Below, in pieces: positions 56,740-64,000 of a stretch of DNA of 64,000 nt. The stretch's first letter is position 1; every line of letters starts with the position of its first letter. Source of the DNA: an uncultured Bacteroidales bacterium (GTDB taxonomy: Bacteria > Bacteroidota > Bacteroidia > Bacteroidales > VadinHA17); the NCBI GenBank assembly GCA_963782945.1, contig CAWALO010000033.1, positions 194,014 to 258,013 of the forward strand, given 5' to 3'. The notes under the pieces were generated by a model, which did no database searches, had not been told where the DNA came from, and was given only the letters and a program-made list of their open reading frames with translations. A program made the translations under genes and the position numbers.

Positions 56740-57213
56740 TCAAGGTGCCCGGTGCAGAGTGTTAATATTCCCAACTTGAAGCCAGTCATCTGGAGATGTA
56801 AATCTTGGTATATCAATTCTGATAGGTTCTATCACTTCAATCACTTCAATGCCTATTAAGACAAGATATTTTTTGCCAGCCATTCTCTCAAACTGCTCAT
56901 CCGGAAGCTGCAGTTTATCCTGGTTTCTTATTATTGTTTCAAAAGATGCCTCCACGGATAATCTTTCCGAATTGTAAACAGATGAGACAATACCCCTTGC
57001 TTTAACCTCTCCATCGCCAATGCAACTCATAAAGTATAAAATATCACCCTCCTTTGTGCTACTGTAAGGAAGATCTCTTTCATCCGATCCTCTGATGATC
57101 ATAGACTTATTGCCATTAATAAGGTTCTCAAGTTCCTTTGCTCCGGCATCCAGACAGACAACATGATCCATGGTTTGAGGTTTTAGGTTTATACTGATTA
57201 AAGACGACTTCAT
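56740..57213 (-). CDS. hypothetical protein, possibly ASCH/PUA-like fold
   Basis: 157-aa ORF (alternative start ATG 57171); no strong motif, weak by-eye call. Confidence 0.35.
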   Translation of the reverse strand: MKSSLISINLKPQTMDHVVCLDAGAKELENLINGNKSMIIRGSDERDLPYSSTKEGDILYFMSCIGDGEVKARGIVSSVYNSERLSVEASFETIIRNQDKLQLPDEQFERMAGKKYLVLIGIEVIEVIEPIRIDIPRFTSPDDWLQVGNINTLHRAP

Positions 57214-57365
57214 TATGCAAATGTTACATGTTTCTTTAAGAATAATTGTTAATTTAGGGTTAATGTATTGTTAATGTGAGAATTGTACCCAGTACCTTGT
57301 TTTCAAGTAAGGATGCCCTCTTTGTTTAATATTTATATTATCTTTTGAATTCAAATACTACCGCC

Positions 57366-59657
57366 ATGGACCGAAGGGATTTCATTAAGACAACATCTGC
57401 AGCTGCAACATTTACTCTTGCGCCGGAAGTGCTTAATCTGCAGGAGAGTAGCTTACGGGAAAAGAAAGTGACACCAGATGAAATTCCCTGGTACAGAAGG
57501 GTTACACGCTGGGGCCAGACAAACATAACAGAAAAAGACCCGGCCAATTATGATATTGAATGGTGGCGAAACCACTGGAAGGAGACTGCAACCCAGGGGG
57601 TCATAATAAATGCAGGAGGAATTGTGGCTTATTATCCGAGCAATGTGCCTCTGCATCGGCAGGCTCAATACCTTGGAGGCCACGATCTGTTTGGAGATTT
57701 GTGCCATGCTGCCCATAGTGACGGACTGGCAGTCTTTGCCAGAATGGATTCCAATCGTGCACATGAAGAATTCTACACGGCTCACCCTGAATGGTTTGCC
57801 AAAGATGAAAAAGGCAATCCCTATAAAGCAGGTGATCTCTTTATAACCTGTATTAACAGTCCATATTATAATGAACATATTCCTTCCATCCTCACCGAAA
57901 TCACAAAATTGTATAAACCGGAAGGTTTTACAGACAACAGCTGGAGCGGACTTGGTCGTGATACTATATGTTATTGTGAGAATTGTAAAACAGATTTTTT
58001 CAAAAAAACAGGTCATGAAATACCACGGACAGTGAACTGGGGTGATCAGGCATACCGGGAGTGGATCCGCTGGAATTATAATCGCAGGCTTGAGGTCTGG
58101 GACCTTAACAATAAAACGACAAAAAAAGCCGGAGGTCCTTCATGCATATGGTCAGGAATGAACAGCGGCTCACTCGCCTGGCAATCGGAGAGTTTTCGTG
58201 ATTATAGACAGATCTGCGAACAAGCGGAAATAATAATGCTCGACAGCCAGGCAAGAAGCGATACAGGAGGCTTTCAACAGAATGCAGATACGGGAAAACG
58301 AATTCATGGAGTTCTTGGATGGGATAAGCTTGTTCCTGAAAGCATGGCAATGTACCAGGCGGGCAGGCCAACATTCAGGATGGCAGCCAAGCCTGTCGCA
58401 GAAGCCAGGATGTGGATTATCGAAGGTATGGCCGGCGGGATACAGCCCTGGTGGCACTATGTGGGTGCATCTCATGAGGATCGCCGGATCTACCATACAC
58501 CCGGACCGCTCTTCCGGTGGCATAAAGTCAACGAGGAATTTCTTGTGAACAGGAGGCCGGTGGCAACAGTTGGCGTTTTATGGTCGCAAGTTAACATGGA
58601 CTTCTTTGGCAGGGACGAAGCTGAAACGATGGTAGAGCTGCCTTGGAGAGGGATTGTTCAGTCGCTGATCCGTGCCAGGATTCCCTACATTCCGGTTCAT
58701 GCCGACAATATTGACCGGGAGGCAGCCGGTCTTTCATTGCTTATTTTGCCTGATCTTGGAGTGATGACTGATGCTCAGGTGGCAGAAGTGAGGAGATTTG
58801 TAAAAAGAGGAGGAGGTCTCCTGGCTACCGGTGAAAGCAGCCTTTATAACGAATGGGGAGACAGGAGGCCGGATTATTCACTAAGTGATCTGTTTGGAGC
58901 CCATACCATTGAAAAGTCTCTTTCAGATCCTGAAGATGCCAAAAGAAAAAACGTATCTGATACATACCATACATATCTGCGGCTGACTCCAGAGCTTCGC
59001 AAAAATGCAGATGGACCTGCTGGTACAAACGAACCTGTTGCCACAGGTGAACGGCATACTGTTTTCAAAGGCTTTGATGAAACTGATATAATCTCCTTCG
59101 GAGGACGTCTTGAGAAGGTAAGAATGGATGAAGGAGCAGAAGTCCTGATGACTTTTATCCCGGAGTTCCCGGTTTATCCGCCGGAGACAGCCTGGATGAG
59201 GGAGCCAAAGACAAATATACCTGGCCTTATCCTTAATAAAGTTCCGGGATGCGGCAATATAGCCTTTATGCCTGCCGATATTGACAGGCAGTTTGGGCGA
59301 TATAACCTTCCTGATCATGGCAACATCCTGGCAAACCTCATACGGTGGGCGGCGAAAGATAATATTCCTCTTTCTGTTGAGTGCGCCGGACTGATTGACT
59401 GTAATATTTACCAGAAGAACGATTCACTTATTTTGCACATTGTAAATCTTACAAGCGCAGGTACATGGCGCCAGCCGGTTGACGAATACATCCCGGTAGG
59501 TCCGGTCAAAGTAAGGGTCCGCCTTCCGGATGGTGTGAATGCCGGAAATCTTCGCCCACTGGTATCTTCCCAAAAAATTGGTTTCACCATTAAGAATGGA
59601 TGGACTGAATTCGTAATAAATTCAATTACTGACCATGAGGTAATAGTAATTTCATAA
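57366..59657 (+). CDS. GHL6 / beta-galactosidase-trimerisation-domain-like putative glycoside hydrolase, Tat signal
   Basis: ATG 57366: MDRRDFIKTTSAAATFTLAP; IINAGGIVAYYPS...FARMDSNRAHEEFYTAHPEWFAKDEKGNPY region typical of GHL6-type proteins. Confidence 0.6.
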   Translation: MDRRDFIKTTSAAATFTLAPEVLNLQESSLREKKVTPDEIPWYRRVTRWGQTNITEKDPANYDIEWWRNHWKETATQGVIINAGGIVAYYPSNVPLHRQAQYLGGHDLFGDLCHAAHSDGLAVFARMDSNRAHEEFYTAHPEWFAKDEKGNPYKAGDLFITCINSPYYNEHIPSILTEITKLYKPEGFTDNSWSGLGRDTICYCENCKTDFFKKTGHEIPRTVNWGDQAYREWIRWNYNRRLEVWDLNNKTTKKAGGPSCIWSGMNSGSLAWQSESFRDYRQICEQAEIIMLDSQARSDTGGFQQNADTGKRIHGVLGWDKLVPESMAMYQAGRPTFRMAAKPVAEARMWIIEGMAGGIQPWWHYVGASHEDRRIYHTPGPLFRWHKVNEEFLVNRRPVATVGVLWSQVNMDFFGRDEAETMVELPWRGIVQSLIRARIPYIPVHADNIDREAAGLSLLILPDLGVMTDAQVAEVRRFVKRGGGLLATGESSLYNEWGDRRPDYSLSDLFGAHTIEKSLSDPEDAKRKNVSDTYHTYLRLTPELRKNADGPAGTNEPVATGERHTVFKGFDETDIISFGGRLEKVRMDEGAEVLMTFIPEFPVYPPETAWMREPKTNIPGLILNKVPGCGNIAFMPADIDRQFGRYNLPDHGNILANLIRWAAKDNIPLSVECAGLIDCNIYQKNDSLILHIVNLTSAGTWRQPVDEYIPVGPVKVRVRLPDGVNAGNLRPLVSSQKIGFTIKNGWTEFVINSITDHEVIVIS

Positions 59658-59697
59658 ACATTCGTAAGTGCACTATTTATCAAAATGAACCTATATC

Positions 59698-60981
59698 ATG
59701 ACAACCAGCAGACGCAAATTTATTTCTACCTCAATTGCAGGCGGCATAGCAGCTTCGATACCTTTCTCTGCATGTACATACTCAGCACCGGCAGGTAGCT
59801 CTGCCAATTCCGGGACTGACTATTCAGGACTTGATGCGATACTTAAAAAGCGGGTCTTTAAAAGTGAGCTCTTTTCATCGCCGGTAATAATTGAAACGCT
59901 TGAGTTACTCAGGTATAATAACAGTTTCTTATGCCGCGTCAGATCGCGTGACGGTGCGGAAGGATTATCTGTTGGTCATAGCGGACAGCTGAGGTCTCTG
60001 TACCCTGTTTTTACAAATCTTTTGCAACCATTTTTTATTGGCAAGGATGCCCGCGACCTTGATCTGCTTGTGGAGAAAGTATATATCTACAACCTCAATT
60101 TCAGGCTTTCGGGGATGGCCCTGGGTGTTCCTCTTGCGACAATAGAATTTGCCATCCTTGATATGATGGGACGGATATCTCAAAAAACTATAGGACAGAT
60201 GATTGGTGAAATACATCATCCTGAAGTAGCTGTTTACCAGGCTACCGAATACCGTGAGAAACCGGTAGGGGAGTCAATGGAACTTATAAAGCGGGACGTT
60301 ACGGAATACGATGCCAAAGCGCTGAAGATAAAGGTGGGCGGATTAATGTTCATGACAGATGACATGAATGCTGTCGGGCCTGAGGGCAGGACTGAGACAA
60401 TGATACCACTTGTAAGAAAAACATTCGGTGATGACATGGTTTTGTATGCTGATTCAAACGGATTTTATTCGGTGGAAGAGGCAATACGCGTAGGTAAAAT
60501 TCTTGAGGAGTATCATTTTGAGTTTTTTGAGGAGCCTGTTCCTTTTGACTGGTATGAGGAGACAAGGAAGGTTGCCGATAATCTGGCAATAGCGGTTGCC
60601 GGAGGAGAGCAGGAATACAGTCTGCATGGGTTCCGGTGGCTTATTGCCAATGACAGTCTTCAGATAGTTCAGCCAGATACCTTTTATTTCGGAGGGATGA
60701 TACGGTCAATGAGAGTGGCACTTATGGCTGAGGCAGCTGGTAAAAAATGTACTCCGCATATGTCAGGAGGAGATCTGGGATTCCTTTATATGATGCACTT
60801 TGTATCAGCTCTGCCTAATGCACTTAATTATCATGAGTTCAAAGGTTTTACAACTGATACTGTTTTTGAGTGTAAAACATCACCCCTTAAGAGTGTTGAA
60901 GGAAAGGTAAAGGTTCCTACTGGTCCGGGGTTGGGGGTGGAGATTGATCCTGCGTTTGTAGCTAAGCACAGGGTGGTGTAG
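59698..60981 (+). CDS. enolase-superfamily (mandelate racemase/muconate lactonizing enzyme family) protein with Tat-type leader and possible lipobox
   Basis: [26 protein letters not shown] leader; KIKVGG (KxK), YADSNG, FFEEP, GGEQE, TPHM catalytic-type motifs. Confidence 0.75.
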   Translation: MTTSRRKFISTSIAGGIAASIPFSACTYSAPAGSSANSGTDYSGLDAILKKRVFKSELFSSPVIIETLELLRYNNSFLCRVRSRDGAEGLSVGHSGQLRSLYPVFTNLLQPFFIGKDARDLDLLVEKVYIYNLNFRLSGMALGVPLATIEFAILDMMGRISQKTIGQMIGEIHHPEVAVYQATEYREKPVGESMELIKRDVTEYDAKALKIKVGGLMFMTDDMNAVGPEGRTETMIPLVRKTFGDDMVLYADSNGFYSVEEAIRVGKILEEYHFEFFEEPVPFDWYEETRKVADNLAIAVAGGEQEYSLHGFRWLIANDSLQIVQPDTFYFGGMIRSMRVALMAEAAGKKCTPHMSGGDLGFLYMMHFVSALPNALNYHEFKGFTTDTVFECKTSPLKSVEGKVKVPTGPGLGVEIDPAFVAKHRVV

Positions 60982-60986
60982 GGGAT

Positions 60987-61042
60987 GGTTCCGGATTCTG
61001 GGTTCTGGGTACTTGGTACAGGGTACAGGGTGCGAGGTGCAG
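60987..61042. repeat. degenerate heptanucleotide array, 8 units
   Basis: ggttccg gattctg ggttctg ggtactt ggtacag ggtacag ggtgcga ggtgcag; starts 5 nt after the stop codon at 60979..60981. Confidence 0.9.
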
Positions 61043-61140
61043 CAATAAAATAGTTGACTACTTTAGATTATGCAAATAAAATTGTATAAACATATTTACT
61101 ATTTTTAAAGTTCGAACGGAATAAAAGATTTGATTAGTAA

Positions 61141-62013
61141 ATGGTAATCGCGATCTCTAAATGGTTTAACAAGAGTTACCCTCAGAACTACATAATTAAG
61201 CATCCCTTAATCGGTTCAATAGTCTTTCTCGGATTCTGCATTTTCTTTGTTTTAGTTTATAAACCACTGCAAGTGCATGAATCCCGTTTTTTCAGCTATG
61301 ATTTAACGGTGGCGATCTATTGTTCTATTGTTGCGATACCTTTATTCTTATTGGTCAGGATTCTGAAAAGCATTAAGTACTTTTCAAATTCTGACGAATG
61401 GACAGTACTCAAGGAAGTTTTATCTGTTATTCTATCGCTTCTGGGTATGGGAATTACAGTATATTTTTCGGGATTCTTACTGGAACCCCCTTTTCAAAGA
61501 TGGAACCTGCCAACTTTTTTTGATTCTTTATTATCCGCATTTCTCATATTTGCAGTTCCCCTAAGTTTCTTTACCCTGATTAATTACCGCTACCTACTGG
61601 TCTCCGATATCATAAAAAAATTTAATACTGAAACTTTTGTATCCTCCCCGGGAGAATCTGAAGAACTGATCCGGATTGAGTCACAGTTAAAAAAAGAAGA
61701 GCTGGCCTTTTACCCGGGCCAGCTTATCTATGCAGAATCGGATGGGAATTATATTGTTTTTTATTTGAACCTTGAAAACCAGGTTAAGAAAAAGATAATC
61801 CGCAATTCCATAAGTAATATCGAACAACAATTTTCTGCAATTCCATTTCTTTTCAGGACACACAGGGCATATATTGTAAACATAAAAAAGGTAAGCTCTC
61901 AAAAGGGAAACACATTAGGTTATCGTTTAAAACTGGCGGGTACCGATATTGAAGTTCCTGTTTCGAGACAAAAGACCCGCGACTTCGATCAAATCCTGAA
62001 ACGGTATCATTGA
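61141..62013 (+). CDS. membrane-anchored LytTR-family DNA-binding protein
   Basis: N-terminal 4-5 TM segments, C-terminal LIYAESDGNYIVFYL...FRTHRAYIVNIKKV LytTR motif; no receiver domain. Confidence 0.8.
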   Translation: MVIAISKWFNKSYPQNYIIKHPLIGSIVFLGFCIFFVLVYKPLQVHESRFFSYDLTVAIYCSIVAIPLFLLVRILKSIKYFSNSDEWTVLKEVLSVILSLLGMGITVYFSGFLLEPPFQRWNLPTFFDSLLSAFLIFAVPLSFFTLINYRYLLVSDIIKKFNTETFVSSPGESEELIRIESQLKKEELAFYPGQLIYAESDGNYIVFYLNLENQVKKKIIRNSISNIEQQFSAIPFLFRTHRAYIVNIKKVSSQKGNTLGYRLKLAGTDIEVPVSRQKTRDFDQILKRYH

Positions 62014-62169
62014 TCCGTTCATCACAGAAATTTACCATTTATCCCAACTTTCTACTGGTTGCTCAGGACAAAGATTCATTTCATAACAAATCCTTGCTAT
62101 AATTCCCAATAAGTTGTAAAACAATTTGATAGTTCTTCAATTTGCTGAACAACTTTAAAAATTATAGCA

Positions 62170-64000
62170 ATGAAAATGTCAATTAAACTATTATGTAAAA
62201 GAATTGCATGCATAAAATTTATGCTGTTAGCTATCACTATTGTAAGCTTCAAAGGAGTTTATGCCCAGGAAAAACAAACCATTACCGGAAAACTTATTGA
62301 GGGAAATAGCAATCAGCCTGTTCCTTTTGCCACTGTTGCATTAATTAAGGCATCAGATTCGAAAATAATCGGAGGCACTATGAGTGATGAAAGCGGTCTG
62401 TTCATTATAACGTCTGTTAGTTCAGGTGATTACATACTTCAGGTTTCCAATATTGGCTATAAACCGGCAAGCAGGAGCATTGAGGTAATAAATAAAGGGG
62501 TGACAGATGCCGGGATTATAGTATTGCAGGATACATCCATCATGCTTGAAGAATTAGTAATATTTGGTGAAAGGATAAAGGCAAAATCTGAAAGTGACAA
62601 AACCACTTTCTTTATTACAAAAAAAATGCTGGACGTTTCTAATACAGGTACCGATGTGTTGAAACTTATTCCCGGCATACAGATTGACCTTATGCAAAAC
62701 ATTTCACTTGAAGGAAGCCCTCATATCCTCATTTTTGTTGACGGGAAAGAGCGCGATAAAAGCTACGTCAGCCAGCTAAGTCCAGATCAGATTGACCAGA
62801 TTGAAATAATCACTGCACCCACTTCAAATTATGATGGAGATATGACGGGGGCAATTAACATAATCCTGAAGAAAAATCGTGACTCAGGAATAAGCGGCCA
62901 TATTCTTGCTGAGATACCTGTTTCATCTTCTCAGATCTATATTTTCCCCGCTTACAGTTTGAACTGGGGTTTTAAGAAACTTAATCTTTACACCTCCTAT
63001 AACGGCGAGCTTACCTACCTGGATCTTCATGAAAGTACAAGCCGGAAGGTATGCAATGAATCCGGTGAGAATGAGATCACCTTCAGTCAGGATCTGAGAC
63101 AGAAGGACTGGTCGCACAGGTTTCATTACGGGTTTGACTATTTTTTAAGTGATAAGGACCAGTTTAATTTTTATGCTTATTATAATCCGTATTCACGCGA
63201 ACTTGATGGAAATGCCTATTCTCAGATATCAGGTACCCTTAACAATAACTTTAAATCGGTAAAAGAAGATACTGATATAAATACCGCAACCTTCTATTCT
63301 TTGTATTACAAACACACCTTTAATAAAAGAGAAAGCGAAATAACTGCTGATGTAAGCAATTATTTCCTGACGGCAGAAAACCGGACAGACTATTTTTACA
63401 GTGGATCAGAAGATGTCATGATCTATCAAACAAATACCGTAAAACCAACACAAAATTCGGGCAGCTTAAGAATAGACTTCAAAACACTTTTTTGGAAAAA
63501 GCTCAATTTCAGCACAGGGGCAAAGGTAAAATTGCAGAAGTCACTTGACCGATACAATGAATTTGAATATAATGAGAACATTTATGCGATCTACAGTAAT
63601 ATTACCTATAAACAGGAGAAGATTGATATGAGTATTGGTTTGCGTGCAGAGAAATCAGTTACCGAGCTGCAAAATGCCATCATTATTCCTTTTCTCTCTT
63701 TTTTACCTAATACCACTTTGCGGTATAAACTCACCACCAGACAAAATATTCAGCTATCATATAATCGTGCAATAAAACGCCCCAATATGTACCAGTTAAA
63801 TCCGTATACATCCCTGAGCGATCCTTACACAATAAGCAAAGGCAATCCTTTTCTTAAACCGGAACTGTGTGCCAGTATTTCTCTCGAACATTCCATGCAG
63901 TTTAATGGTAATTATTTTGCTTCGCGTCTTTTCTTCAACAGAACGACTGATGACATTACCAACCTTCTGTTTCTTAATAACAACAATGCTTTTGAAAATC
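62170..64000 (+). CDS. outer membrane beta-barrel / TonB-dependent-receptor-like protein with CarboxypepD_reg-like N-domain, 3' end cut by window edge
   Basis: Not in ORF track (no stop in window). ATG 62170: MKMSIKLLCKRIACIKFMLLAITIVSFKGVYAQEKQTITGKLIEGNSNQPVPFATVALI...; plug-like IEIITAPTSNYDGDMTGAINIILKK; open to the window end. Confidence 0.75.
   Translation, partial: MKMSIKLLCKRIACIKFMLLAITIVSFKGVYAQEKQTITGKLIEGNSNQPVPFATVALIKASDSKIIGGTMSDESGLFIITSVSSGDYILQVSNIGYKPASRSIEVINKGVTDAGIIVLQDTSIMLEELVIFGERIKAKSESDKTTFFITKKMLDVSNTGTDVLKLIPGIQIDLMQNISLEGSPHILIFVDGKERDKSYVSQLSPDQIDQIEIITAPTSNYDGDMTGAINIILKKNRDSGISGHILAEIPVSSSQIYIFPAYSLNWGFKKLNLYTSYNGELTYLDLHESTSRKVCNESGENEITFSQDLRQKDWSHRFHYGFDYFLSDKDQFNFYAYYNPYSRELDGNAYSQISGTLNNNFKSVKEDTDINTATFYSLYYKHTFNKRESEITADVSNYFLTAENRTDYFYSGSEDVMIYQTNTVKPTQNSGSLRIDFKTLFWKKLNFSTGAKVKLQKSLDRYNEFEYNENIYAIYSNITYKQEKIDMSIGLRAEKSVTELQNAIIIPFLSFLPNTTLRYKLTTRQNIQLSYNRAIKRPNMYQLNPYTSLSDPYTISKGNPFLKPELCASISLEHSMQFNGNYFASRLFFNRTTDDITNLLFLNNNNAFEN

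Noticed and set aside
3354-61042. Could the short tandem arrays be CRISPR or mini-CRISPR arrays?
   Set aside because: Units are 7-11 nt and directly abutting, with no unique spacers, and no cas genes are in the window. They are simple degenerate tandem repeats.
1-64000. Mobile element, prophage or defence island
   Set aside because: I recognised no integrase, transposase, recombinase, restriction-modification, toxin-antitoxin, reverse transcriptase or phage structural genes. I saw no flanking tRNA or long direct repeats, and no obvious compositional break.

Overview
Dense 64-kb chromosomal stretch with about 53 protein genes on both strands. I saw no rRNA or tRNA genes, no transposase, integrase or phage genes, and no CRISPR array. 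It reads like a Bacteroidota genome: gldF-gldG gliding genes, DUF3078/DUF4340/DUF5916/DUF1080 families, many lipoprotein and twin-arginine signal peptides, and TAnnTTTG -7 promoter boxes in front of many operons. Layout: 1-22 kb is housekeeping (2-oxoacid:ferredoxin oxidoreductase, nadD, gmk, pheT, surE, lpxB, gldFG, dnaN, a frameshifted DnaQ-like exonuclease). 24-29 kb holds a NagA-like amidohydrolase, an SSF symporter, a GH26 lipoprotein and tatA. 33-37.6 kb is an XdhC/MocA/2Fe-2S/Tat-exported molybdopterin oxidoreductase operon. 37.7-45.7 kb has the most unusual gene content: a ManD-type enolase-superfamily dehydratase and a UxuA-type mannonate dehydratase both carry twin-arginine signal peptides. 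They are flanked by Tat-exported Gfo/Idh/MocA and xylose-isomerase-fold proteins and a DUF1080 protein. A second exported set (Sec RraA-like, Tat GHL6-like, Tat enolase-superfamily) lies at 55.6-61 kb. 47-51.6 kb is an envelope cluster (DUF2177, a membrane-domain/L,D-transpeptidase fusion, M28 peptidase, Amj-like flippase). It is followed by kefG-kefB/C, a desaturase, a membrane LytTR regulator and a 3'-truncated outer membrane barrel. Independently of the genes, most of the longer intergenic gaps carry short degenerate tandem arrays. These are exact 7-nt-period arrays at 10 loci (six of them touching or within 5 nt of a stop codon), CACNRAGK arrays with a 10-11 nt period that sometimes fold back into hairpins with about 40-nt arms, C-run/G-run/G-run modules, and 28-bp perfect palindromes. 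All functional calls rest on motifs and family resemblance recognised by eye; no database search or structure prediction was run.
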